From positions 42,111 to 106,110 of the forward strand of contig NIVC01003294.1 in the NCBI GenBank assembly GCA_002269645.1: 64,000 nt of DNA. The letters are read 5' to 3'. Under the pieces are notes generated by a model, which searched no databases, was not told the DNA's origin, and saw only the letters and a program-made list of their open reading frames with translations. The translations under genes were made by a program, and so were the position numbers. Below, in pieces: positions 10,952-22,766 of the stretch; position 1 is the stretch's first letter, and every line of letters begins with the position of its first letter. This stretch comes from Macrostomum lignano. Taxonomy: Eukaryota.

Positions 10952-12755
10952 AGACACCAGATATCTTGGTACTACTCTGAGACACCAAATATCTTGGTAC
11001 TACTCTGAGACACCCTGGAGATATCTTGATACTATTCTGAGACACCCTGGAGATATCTTGGTACTACTCTGAGACACCCTGGAGATATCTTGGTACTACT
11101 CTGAGACACCCTGGAGATATCTTGGTACTACATTAAGACACCTTCAGCACTCATGACACCTTGGTACTACTCTGAGACACCAGACACCTTGGTACTACTC
11201 TGAGACACCCTGGAGATATCTTGGTACTACTCTGAGACACCCTGGAGATATCTTGGTACTACTCTGAGACACCAGATACCTTGGTACTACTCTGAGACAC
11301 CAGACACCTTGGTACTACTCTGAGACACCAGATACCTTGGTACTACTCTGAGACACCAGACACCTTGGTACTACTCTGAGACACCAGATACCTTGGTACT
11401 ACTCTGAGACACCCTGGAGATATCTTGGTACTACTCTGAGACAGCAGACACCTTGGTACTACTCTGAGACACCCTGGAGATATCTTGGTATTACTCTGAG
11501 ACACCAGACACCTTGGTACTACTCTGAGACACCCTGGAGATATCTTGGTACTACTCTGAGACACCCTGGAGATATCTTGGTACTACTCTGAGACACCCTG
11601 AAGATATCTTGGTACTACATTAAGACACCTTCAGCACTCATGACACCTTGGTACTACTCTGAGACACCAGACACCTTGGTACTACTCTGAGACACCCTGG
11701 AGATATCTTGGTACTACTCTGAGACACCCTGGAGATATATTGGTACTACTCTGAGACACCAGATACCTTGGTACTACTCTGAGACACCAGACACCTTGGT
11801 ACTACTCTGAGACACCAGATACCTTGGTACTACTCTGAGACACCAGACACCTTGGTACTACTCTGAGACACCCTGGAGATATCTTAGTATTACTCTGAGA
11901 CACCAGACACCTTGGTACTACTCTGAGACACCCTGGAGATATCTTGGTACTACTCTGAGACACCAGACACCTTGGTACTACTCTGAGACACCCTGGAGAC
12001 ATCTTGGTACTACTCTGAGACACCAGACATTTTGGTACTACTCTGAGACAGCAGACACCTTGGTACTACTCTGAGACACCAGACACCTTGGTACTACTCT
12101 GAGACACCAGACACCTTGGTACTACTCTGAGACACCAGACACGTTGGTAATACTCTGAGACAGCAGACACCTTGGTACTACTCTGAGACACCAGACACCT
12201 TGGTACTACTCTGAGACACCAGACACGTTGGTAATACTCTGAGACACCAGACACCTTGGTACTACTCTGAAACACCCTGGAGATATCTTGGTACTACTCT
12301 GAGACACCAGATATCTTGGTACTACATTAAGACACCTTCAGCACTCATGACACCTTGGTACTACTCTGAGACACCAGACACCTTGGTACTACTCTGAGAC
12401 ACCCTGGAGATATCTTGGTACTACTCTGAGACACCCTGGAGATATCTTGGTACTACTCTGAGACACCCTGGAGATATCTTGGTACTACTCTGAGACACCA
12501 GACACCTTGGTACTACTCTGAGACACCCTGGAGATATCTTGGTATTACTCTGAGACACCAGACACCTTGGTACTACTCTGAGACACCCTGGAGATATCTT
12601 GGTACTACTCTGAGACACCAGACACCTTGGTACTACTCTGAGACACCCTGGAGATATCTTGGTACTACTCTGAGACACCAGACACCTTGGTACTACTCTG
12701 AGACACCAGACACCTTGGTACTACTCTGAGACACCTCAGCATTCCTGACACCTTG
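10952..12755. repeat. 1.8-kb minisatellite of mixed 28-bp and 32-bp units, 3' of RPS4
   Basis: GACACCAGACACCTTGGTACTACTCTGA and GACACCCTGGAGATATCTTGGTACTACTCTGA; a variant spacer CATTAAGACACCTTCAGCACTCAT recurs at ~11131, ~11619 and ~12326. Confidence 0.95.
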
Positions 12756-13656
12756 GTGTTACTTCTGTACATGAAACAGACAAAAACCAAGTGCGAACAA
12801 ATATTTGAGAAATTACTAGTATGCATTTCGTGCAGTCTTGCCGATTTAGTTTAGTTTTTGTATGTGTGCTACTACTTTCAGAAAGAAACTCCTACAAGTA
12901 CTCGTATGAAGGACACTTTACATTACAAGTAAATTTTACGTTTAGGGATTCCACTCTTACATTATACCTCTAGCTCTATGCTTGAACACGCACGTATGTG
13001 TTATCGCTAAGAAGCCTTGCCAAAAATGAATAGCAATACACTAGCGTACTAAAATGTATCCCACGCAGCTAGCTCTTATCTAATGCATGTAACTATACAC
13101 ACCCCAGTTAAGTTCGTATGCGTATAAATTGTAAATTACAGGGCAGTGATTTAACAAGCTTCCTAAATAGCCACTTTTAGCCGGTGCCTCGAGAATTGCA
13201 CGGAAACTATTCTTGAAAGCAAAGATTTTAAGCGAAGCCTTTTAAACAAATCAATAATCATGGAGCCTCCGTTTCGTTGCTTCCGACTTCACCGGCCCGA
13301 CCTAGCGGCCGTGGCTGACTGCCTCGATCGAGCCTGTCGAGACGCTTTCGAAGACGCTAGCGTTGAGTTAATTGACAGCTGTCCGGATTTGTCCGAGCCT
13401 CCGTTTTGCCTGGCCGGCCGAGGCATCTGCGGCGGCGGAGGAGAGAACAGCGGCCCTGTGCTTCTATAGCTGGCGGGGTGCCGTATCTGCTGCCGACGCC
13501 TCAGGTGGAGCAAAGGTTTGGCACTCAACCATGTGGGTTCGATTCCGCCTTAATTAGCTTGTTATTGGATTATTCATGCCCATTGCATGGGGTCACATAC
13601 CCAATTCAAAGACTGACTGTGAGTCCTGTGACGGCGTAACTGTACGCGTGCAACAT

Positions 13657-13925
13657 GGGGTTGCAGCCTAGCGGTAGCTAGAGCGTCGGACTCACGACTT
13701 TAAGGCCGGGGTTCGAATCTCGACCCACTCAAAACAATTTGTGTCCTTGAGCAAGATACTTAAAACTCTGCATTCACCCAGCTGTAAAATTGGTACCAGC
13801 ATTAGCTGGGTTAATTGACGGTATGTGGCGACCCCCCAGTCCTTGGACTGAACAGCCGTACGCAGCCTTCAGATGCGCCGTGCAATGGCTGCGGCTGAGC
13901 TGTCGGTGGCACATCTGCCCATTAG
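13657..13925 (+). mobile_element. tRNA-derived SINE family B (CpG-rich copy)
   Basis: A-box GCAGCCTAGCGG, B-box GGTTCGAATC, then TTTGTGTCCTTGAGCAAGATACTTAA; four copies in the window. Confidence 0.85.
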
Positions 13926-14234
13926 GTCATTCTTGAGTGTGCTTAAGGATCAACAAGGATATGCATTCTGTACATGAAACCGTTTGTTACTTTACTGACT
14001 GAGTCTACTGTCTGCATTTACTACTTGTACTTTAAAGTATGGTAACGTTTGGTATGGTATAATGACGTAACTTTATAAGTATGGTGTACGTACAGGTAAT
14101 TGACGTCTGACTTGACTTGAAAGGATATTGTCGGATCTAAGTCGTCCGGAAAATTCTACTTTCTAGATTTTGCCTATGACCATTCACCACTTGTACTTTT
14201 ATCCTCCCACCTTTGTTTTGCCCTGATTTGGACA

Positions 14235-14682
14235 CCAATTCCTTTGAGAAAGAGAAATTTCCTTTGAGAAGGACACCATTTCCTTTGAGAAGGACACCAC
14301 TTCCTTTGAGAAGGACACCAATTCCTTTGAGAATGACACCATTTCCTTTGAGAAGGACACCAATTCCTTTGAGAATGACACCATTTCCTTTGAGAAGGAC
14401 ACCGTTTCCTTTAAGAAGGACATCATTTCCTTTGAGAAGGACACCATTTCCTTTAAGAAGGACACCAATTCCTTTGAGAATGACACCATTTCCTTTGAGA
14501 ATGACACCGTTTCCTTTAAGAAGGACATCATTTCCTTTGAGAAGGACACCATTTCCTTTAAGAAGGACACCGTTTCCTTTGAGAAGGACACCGTTTTTTT
14601 TTAGAAGGACACCATTTCCTTTGAGAAGGACACCGTTTCCTTTGAGAAGGACACCGTTTCCTTTGAAGACAGGATTTCTTTG
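14235..14682. repeat. 21-bp minisatellite upstream of C11orf54-like exon 2
   Basis: Tandem TTCCTTTGAGAAGGACACCAT; explains the spurious RRTPFPL/KGNGVLL ORFs. Confidence 0.95.
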
Positions 14683-15189
14683 AGAATGATATTTTCTTTT
14701 GACCTTGATAGTTAGCACAGTGAAAATATATACAGTGAAAATCAATTAGTTAACTCTAAATTTTCAGACGCTACGACCTGCGCAACTTGCTGAAAGCGAC
14801 CGGCCATCTTGACGGTCTCATCATCGGCGCTGGCGCTGCTTCGTCGACCAGATTTGGGCGCAACGCTGAGCTCGTGGCCAACCTGGGCCCGCTAGGCAAC
14901 GGATGTCGGGTGGCCAGCCTCCGAGCTGATGGTGAAGACGATGGCACTGAAAATCTGGCTAATTGTCGGTTGAGCAGGCCAGATTTTGCCGAGGCCGGTC
15001 TTATGGTGGACTCTTTGTGCTCCAGCGGCCAGACTGACGGCCCAGTCCTTCGGCTGCGAGCTTCTCGATGGCGTCCGGAGGCTGCGACACCAGATGAGTC
15101 GGCGGCCAAGACAAGAGGCCGCCTGGCGGAGCTGCTGCAACGAGCGCTCGCCAAAGAGTTCTCGGGTGAGTAGAGAATATAAGTGTTTA

Positions 15190-15645
15190 CCTTGGTCTCC
15201 TTCTCAAGTGAAATGGTGTCCTTCTCAAAGGAAACGGTGTCCTTCTCAAAAGAATTGGTGTCCTTCTCAAAGGAAATGGTGTCCTCAAAAGAATTGGTGT
15301 CCTTCTCAAAGGAAATGGTGTCCTCAAAAGAATTGGTGTCCTTCTCAAAGGAAATGGTGTCCTTAAAAGAATTGGTTTCCTTCTCAAAGGAAATGGTGTC
15401 CTCAAAAGAATTGGTGTCCTTCTCAATTAAATGGTGTCCTCAAAAGAATTGGTGTCCTTCTCAAAGGAAATAGTGTCCTCAAAGGAAATGGTGTCCTTCT
15501 CAAAGGAAATTGTGTCCTTCTCAAAGGAATTTGTGTCCTTCTCAAAGGAATTTGTGTCCTTTTCAAAGGAATTTGTGTCCTTCTTAGAGAAAATGGTGTC
15601 CTCAAAGTAAATGGTGTCCTTCTCAAGATAGTTGGTGTTCTTCTG
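15190..15645. repeat. Same 21/18-bp minisatellite in inverted orientation, downstream of exon 2
   Basis: Tandem TGGTGTCCTTCTCAAAGGAAA is the reverse complement of the array at 14235-14682. Confidence 0.95.
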
Positions 15646-15899
15646 AAAGTAAAGTAAGTTAACTTTTGAGTAAAGTATTTTTAAGCTGTTGTACGACGTT
15701 ACGTAGTTACTATTTTATCACATGATGAGAAAATTCAAGGTTGTATATTTGTTTATTTGCATTTTTCATACCGTCTTGTGGCGTCTGAGTTTATGGTAAA
15801 AATAATAAAATTACAACTTTTTGACTACATATTGCTTCTATACCAATCATACGTTTCAGTCCAATTGACTGGTTTCCAATTAAAGGAAACCAGTCAATG

Positions 15900-16450
15900 T
15901 CGATTTTTCCCAACTTTGACACTCTCCGATAGCCATGCAGACCGCTATACGAGCGTATAATGCCTTGTCCTCTATCAAGCTATCAACCAAGTCATTCTCG
16001 GACTGTTTCAAAAGCTTGCAAAACCTGGCAATCCTCAATATGATCAACGTAATCAAGGTACAGTGCAGTGACATATTTGGCAACGAGCTGGTGGATCAAC
16101 TCGCCAAATTAGTGCGCACCACTCAAGCTGTCTGCCAAGAAAATCACCTGTAAGCCGCGCGATTCACAATTGCCTGAGCCATCGAAACCATCTTCTCTGG
16201 AATTGCTGCTCCGAGTATATCGGAAAATGCGAGCCAGCTTTGCGATGCCTGCTATGAATCGCAAAGTATCCGAATACCGGATCTCCTTAAAAAAACTGAC
16301 CTTAGAGACATACCTTACTACGAAGTGGTTCCTTCCCTAACCTCTTTTGTGTGGAACTTCAACGAAGCGCGGAGACATCACCTCGGCTAATCTCTATAAG
16401 GTTGGACGAGCTGACCAACCCGGACCGGATCCGTGCCTTATGGCACATTC
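15900..16450 (+). mobile_element. Degenerate non-LTR retrotransposon (LINE) RNase H fragment
   Basis: Across frames: SDSHA..ALSSIK..DCFKSLQNLA..GNELVDQLAK, matching the RNase HI motifs 'SDSQAAL..AL' and 'GNELADQLAK' of RT-associated RNase H. Repeated at ~21875-22425. Confidence 0.6.
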
Positions 16451-16554
16451 GTCCGGAACTCCGGGCGGATGAAGATTGCTCACGTCACTCTCGAGAGCTC
16501 TTCAGCTGCTGGCAAAGGGTTTTCGATCAGCCACCAAAGCCCCAAGCCTAAAGA

Positions 16555-16790
16555 GGGCCGTAACCCAGTGGTCCAGCGCGGCGCTTTTATGTGCCAGCGA
16601 CCCAGGCTCGATTCCAAGTGCAGTCACATTAATTTGGAGCTAAATTGGAATCTCAGCTTGGGTCTGTTTGGGCAATTAACGCCATTGAGGGCCAACCCCC
16701 AAGGCGCAGTACATGTACATGCCTAAGTGTACAACTGTACATGCCTACCGATAAATAAAGTTAGGGCCGCTGTACACGCCTGTGTGAATG
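16555..16790 (+). mobile_element. tRNA-derived SINE family A copy
   Basis: Colinear with the reverse complement of 9490-9780; A-box TAACCCAGTGG, B-box GGCTCGATTCC. Confidence 0.75.
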
Positions 16791-18459
16791 TTGTTGCGTC
16801 GAGACAAGAGAGCCCTTAAAAGGGCCGTTTTACTACATAACTAATCGGGATTTTTCTTACTACTCTACTGTAAGTAGGCGTCAACGTAAATTTTACGCAA
16901 ACAATTAATACTTTTTTGTGATGCCAAATTTATCGATCGTGCAATAATTCATGTTTGGATGCAAAATATAAGCGCGGGGCCGGTTGTCGCCCTAGTGGAG
17001 CGTACTTTTTGGCCGAATTCTTACTTGCCTAATTATTCGCGGCTTTTCCGTAAAATCGATAAATTGTGGTATCGATTGTGGGATCGAGACACCACAAGTA
17101 TGCCTGTGCGCATGACGGCGTACGTATCCGCGCGCTTGTGTTCTCACGCTTCAAAAAGAAGCATAGCTACTTAAAGAAGCACATCTCAAATATTACAACT
17201 AATCTCTGACAATTCGTGAAGATAAAAATAAATACTTAATAAACATTCAGAAAGCTGAGCTGTCATTTTGACAGAAACTGCATTAAATTCTAAAATCGAT
17301 GTGATAAAATGTTCATGTAATAAAAGCAGAACTGTCCAATCTCAACCTCTATATTTGATGCAAATTGGCGCAGCTAGTCCGCTTTAAGTTTTCCCAAAAC
17401 GGCATTCGCTTCCGTCGATCCTGGTTACTACGCCCTCGAGCATGAGACACCGCGAGGAAGAGCTTGCAAGCAAACTCGTAGGTAGCGTGGGTCCACTGAT
17501 ATCATGTACGAGCACTAGCAACATGCACACTGTTCGCTTCCCTTTGTCTTTGCCCCGTCTATAGCTGGTTCCCCCTAATTAAGCTTTCGTGTATGTAGCA
17601 ATTGTCATCACGTGACCTTAATCATCTATCTGCCACTTTGCTCATTCCATCATTAATAAATTGTTGGTAATATTAAATTGATCTGACGATTTTGCCAAAT
17701 TACACGGCCTGATAGGTATACAATCGTATTATGAGTTGCCGATGTGGCTCAAAGTTGGACGAGGCCTCTCTCTCGCTAATTACTATTGAATTATTTACAC
17801 TCAGCAACAGCTGTTAAAGTTTCCACCCAAGTGATCTCAGGGTAATGCGATTTGCGTCACAAGGCCCTGTGTGCTTAGGCTGTACTGGTGAGGAGAGCTA
17901 TTGATAGAATGGAGAGTTATGGCCTAATTGAGTTGGAATAAAGCTACCACGCGCAGTTCCAGTCCCAATAATGAACATCTGCCTTCGGATGGCAACTTTA
18001 ACACGTTGCTGAGTGTATCCGCATATTGTTAATCCGAAGGGCTTAACTTTGAGCGTCGAAATGATAATTAGATCCTAAATGTACGAGTACGAGCGTAATC
18101 TTTGCTACGTAAGATCGCAGTATTAGCAGTATCCGAAAGAGTCCATGCAGTAGTTGCCTGGTGACTGATTGAAAGCAAAAAACGAAGAACAAAATTTCTG
18201 GCTCATTGTGAAGAAGCTGGTTTATTTTTACGTGTAAAATAAGAATCAAACAACTAAAAGACTAAAAAAGATTTATACTTTAACTATAGTGTAAGAATAG
18301 GTTAAAAGAAATCTTTTAAAGCGTTATACCGGAGACAATTCTGGTTAAAATTATATTGTTACGAGCTCGTTATTAAAATAAAACCAACTGTGAATATGAT
18401 AAACGATAGCATAATGTATACCAGCGTATGTACATTTTAATAAGTAGCATCTTGACAAA

Positions 18460-18996
18460 NNNNNNNNNNNNNNNNNNNNNNNNNNNNNNNNNNNNNNNNN
18501 NNNNNNNNNNNNNNNNNNNNNNNNNNNNNNNNNNNNNNNNNNNNNNNNNNNNNNNNNNNNNNNNNNNNNNNNNNNNNNNNNNNNNNNNNNNNNNNNNNNN
18601 NNNNNNNNNNNNNNNNNNNNNNNNNNNNNNNNNNNNNNNNNNNNNNNNNNNNNNNNNNNNNNNNNNNNNNNNNNNNNNNNNNNNNNNNNNNNNNNNNNNN
18701 NNNNNNNNNNNNNNNNNNNNNNNNNNNNNNNNNNNNNNNNNNNNNNNNNNNNNNNNNNNNNNNNNNNNNNNNNNNNNNNNNNNNNNNNNNNNNNNNNNNN
18801 NNNNNNNNNNNNNNNNNNNNNNNNNNNNNNNNNNNNNNNNNNNNNNNNNNNNNNNNNNNNNNNNNNNNNNNNNNNNNNNNNNNNNNNNNNNNNNNNNNNN
18901 NNNNNNNNNNNNNNNNNNNNNNNNNNNNNNNNNNNNNNNNNNNNNNNNNNNNNNNNNNNNNNNNNNNNNNNNNNNNNNNNNNNNNNNNNNNNNNNN
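18460..18996. other. Assembly gap (537 N)
   Basis: Run of N characters. Confidence 1.
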
Positions 18997-19235
18997 CAAA
19001 AATGAATAGCAATACACTAGCGTACTAAAATGTATCCCACGCAGCTAGCTCTTATCTAATGCATGTAACTATACACACCCCAGTTAAGTTCGTATGCGTA
19101 TAAATTGTAAATTACAGGGCAGTGATTTAACAAGCTTCCTAAATAGCCACTTTTAGCCGGTGCCTCGAGAATTGCACGGAAACTATTCTTGAAAGCAAAG
19201 ATTTTAAGCGAAGCCTTTTAAACAAATCAATAATC

Positions 19236-21142
19236 ATGGAGCCTCCGTTTCGTTGCTTCCGACTTCACCGGCCCGACCTAGCGGCCGTGGCTGACTGCCT
19301 CGATCGAGCCTGTCGAGACGCTTTCGAAGACGCTAGCGTTGAGTTAATTGACAGCTGTCCGGATTTGTCCGAGCCTCCGTTTTGCCTGGCCGGCCGAGGC
19401 ATCTGCGGCGGCGGAGGAGAGAACAGCGGCCCTGTGCTTCTATAGCTGGCGGGGTGCCGTATCTGCTGCCGACGCCTCAGGTGGAGCAAAGGTTTGGCAC
19501 TCAACCATGTGGGTTCGATTCCGCCTTAATTAGCTTGTTATTGGATTATTCATGCCCATTGCATGGGGTCACATACCCAATTCAAAGACTGACTGTGAGT
19601 CCTGTGACGGCGTAACTGTACGCGTGCAACATGGGGTTGCAGCCTAGCGGTTAGCTAGAGCGTCGGACTCACACTTTAAGGCCGGGGTTCGAATCTCGAC
19701 CCACTCAAAACAATTTGTGTCCTTGAGCAAGATACTTAAAACTCTGCATTCACCCAGCTGTAAAATTGGTACCAGCATTAGCTGGGTTAATTGACGGTAT
19801 GTGGCGACCCCCCAGTCCTTGGACTGAACAGCCGTACGCAGCCTTCAGATGCGCCGTGCAATGGCTGCGGCTGAGCTGTCGGTGGCACATCTGCCCATTA
19901 GGTCATTCTTGAGTGTGCTTAAGGATCAACAAGGATATGCATTCTGTACATGAAACCGTTTGTTACTTTACTGACTGAGTCTACTGTCTGCATTTACTAC
20001 TTGTACTTTAAAGTATGGTAACGTTTGGTATGGTATAATGACGTAACTTTATAAGTATGGTGTACGTACAGGTAATTGACGTCTGACTTGACTTGAAAGG
20101 ATATTGTCGGATCTAAGTCGTCCGGAAAATTCTACTTTCTAGATTTTGCCTATGACCATTCACCACTTGTACTTTTATCCTCCCACCTTTGTTTTGCCCT
20201 GATTTGGACACCAATTCCTTTGAGAAAGAGAAATTTCCTTTGAGAAGGACACCATTTCCTTTGAGAAGGACACCACTTCCTTTGAGAAGGACACCAATTC
20301 CTTTGAGAATGACACCATTTCCTTTGAGAAGGACACCAATTCCTTTGAGAATGACACCATTTCCTTTGAGAAGGACACCGTTTCCTTTAAGAAGGACATC
20401 ATTTCCTTTGAGAAGGACACCATTTCCTTTAAGAAGGACACCAATTCCTTTGAGAATGACACCATTTCCTTTGAGAATGACACCGTTTCCTTTAAGAAGG
20501 ACATCATTTCCTTTGAGAAGGACACCATTTCCTTTAAGAAGGACACCGTTTCCTTTGAGAAGGACACCGTTTTTTTTAGAAGGACACCATTTCCTTTGAG
20601 AAGGACACCGTTTCCTTTGAGAAGGACACCGTTTCCTTTGAAGACAGGATTTCTTTGAGAATGATATTTTCTTTTGACCTTGATAGTTAGCACAGTGAAA
20701 ATATATACAGTGAAAATCAATTAGTTAACTCTAAATTTTCAGACGCTACGACCTGCGCAACTTGCTGAAAGCGACCGGCCATCTTGACGGTCTCATCATC
20801 GGCGCTGGCGCTGCTTCGTCGACCAGATTTGGGCGCAACGCTGAGCTCGTGGCCAACCTGGGCCCGCTAGGCAACGGATGTCGGGTGGCCAGCCTCCGAG
20901 CTGATGGTGAAGACGATGGCACTGAAAATCTGGCTAATTGTCGGTTGAGCAGGCCAGATTTTGCCGAGGCCGGTCTTATGGTGGACTCTTTGTGCTCCAG
21001 CGGCCAGACTGACGGCCCAGTCCTTCGGCTGCGAGCTTCTCGATGGCGTCCGGAGGCTGCGACACCAGATGAGTCGGCGGCCAAGACAAGAGGCCGCCTG
21101 GCGGAGCTGCTGCAACGAGCGCTCGCCAAAGAGTTCTCGGGG
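19236..21142 (+). pseudogene. C11orf54: Second copy of the C11orf54-like exons 1-2
   Basis: Near-identical to 13260-15165, including the same frameshift. Confidence 0.7.
19633..19901 (+). mobile_element. tRNA-derived SINE family B (duplicate copy)
   Basis: Copy of 13657-13925 within the duplicated block. Confidence 0.85.
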
Positions 21143-21620
21143 TGAGTAGAGAATATAAGTGTTTACCTTGGTCTCCTTCTCAAGTGAAATGGTGTCCTTC
21201 TCAAAGGAAACGGTGTCCTTCTCAAAAGAATTGGTGTCCTTCTCAAAGGAAATGGTGTCCTCAAAAGAATTGGTGTCCTTCTCAAAGGAAATGGTGTCCT
21301 CAAAAGAATTGGTGTCCTTCTCAAAGGAAATGGTGTCCTTAAAAGAATTGGTTTCCTTCTCAAAGGAAATGGTGTCCTCAAAAGAATTGGTGTCCTTCTC
21401 AATTAAATGGTGTCCTCAAAAGAATTGGTGTCCTTCTCAAAGGAAATAGTGTCCTCAAAGGAAATGGTGTCCTTCTCAAAGGAAATTGTGTCCTTCTCAA
21501 AGGAATTTGTGTCCTTCTCAAAGGAATTTGTGTCCTTTTCAAAGGAATTTGTGTCCTTCTTAGAGAAAATGGTGTCCTCAAAGTAAATGGTGTCCTTCTC
21601 AAGATAGTTGGTGTTCTTCT
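20210..21620. repeat. Inverted 21-bp minisatellite arrays flanking the duplicated exon 2
   Basis: Copies of the 14235-14682 and 15190-15645 arrays. Confidence 0.9.
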
Positions 21621-22530
21621 GAAAGTAAAGTAAGTTAACTTTTGAGTAAAGTATTTTTAAGCTGTTGTACGACGTTACGTAGTTACTATTTTATCACATG
21701 ATGAGAAAATTCAAGGTTGTATATTTGTTTATTTGCATTTTTCATACCGTCTTGTGGCGTCTGATTTTATGGTAAAAATAATAAAATTACAACTTTTTGA
21801 CTACATATTGCTTCTATACCAATCATACGTTTCAGTCCAATTGACTGGTTTCCAATTAAAGGAAACCAGTCAATGTCGATTTTTCCCAACTTTGACACTC
21901 TCCGATAGCCATGCAGACCGCTATACGAGCGTATAATGCCTTGTCCTCTATCAAGCTATCAACCAAGTCATTCTCGGACTGTTTCAAAAGCTTGCAAAAC
22001 CTGGCAATCCTCAATATGATCAACGTAATCAAGGTACAGTGCAGTGACATATTTGGCAACGAGCTGGTGGATCAACTCGCCAAATTAGTGCGCACCACTC
22101 AAGCTGTCTGCCAAGAAAATCACCTGTAAGCCGCGCGATTCACAATTGCCTGAGCCATCGAAACCATCTTCTCTGGAATTGCTGCTCCGAGTATATCGGA
22201 AAATGCGAGCCAGCTTTGCGATGCCTGCTATGAATCGCAAAGTATCCGAATACCGGATCTCCTTAAAAAAACTGACCTTAGAGACATACCTTACTACGAA
22301 GTGGTTCCTTCCCTAACCTCTTTTGTGTGGAACTTCAACGAAGCGCGGAGACATCACCTCGGCTAATCTCTATAAGGTTGGACGAGCTGACCAACCCGGA
22401 CCGGATCCGTGCCTTATGGCACATTCGTCCGGAACTCCGGGCGGATGAAGATTGCTCACGTCACTCTCGAGAGCTCTTCAGCTGCTGGCAAAGGGTTTTC
22501 GATCAGCCACCAAAGCCCCAAGCCTAAAGA

Positions 22531-22766
22531 GGGCCGTAACCCAGTGGTCCAGCGCGGCGCTTTTATGTGCCAGCGACCCAGGCTCGATTCCAAGTGCAGT
22601 CACATTAATTTGGAGCTAAATTGGAATCTCAGCTTGGGTCTGTTTGGGCAATTAACGCCATTGAGGGCCAACCCCCAAGGCGCAGTACATGTACATGCCT
22701 AAGTGTACAACTGTACATGCCTACCGATAAATAAAGTTAGGGCCGCTGTACACGCCTGTGTGAATG
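22531..22766 (+). mobile_element. tRNA-derived SINE family A (duplicate copy)
   Basis: Copy of 16555-16790. Confidence 0.75.

Larger units (their letters stand above)
13260..15165 (+). pseudogene. C11orf54: C11orf54-like (DUF1907 ester hydrolase) gene, exons 1-2 only, with a frameshift
   Basis: Exon 1 13260-13515 (..DSCPDLSEPPF..GICG..GGVPYLLP) and exon 2 14768-15165 (RYDL..LIIGAGA..) join in phase and match the N-terminal half of C11orf54; -1 frameshift at ~13468; no C-terminal exons found. Confidence 0.75.

Noticed and set aside
10952-12755. CRISPR-like array or repetitive ORFs (SQSSTKISPGCLRVVPRCL)
   Set aside because: No unique spacers and no cas genes in a eukaryotic context; the ORFs are translation artefacts of a minisatellite.
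13657-13730. tRNA genes at the SINE heads (also 7121, 9780, 16555, 60619 and a B-box at ~58610)
   Set aside because: A/B boxes are present, but there is no convincing cloverleaf or acceptor stem and they are fused to shared SINE bodies.
14137-15626. Repeat-peptide ORFs (KGNGVLL, RRTPFPL, KEMVSFS)
   Set aside because: All frames are open because of a 21-bp intronic repeat; frames differ between the two copies through indels.
18373-19017. ORFs made of X residues
   Set aside because: They span the N gap.
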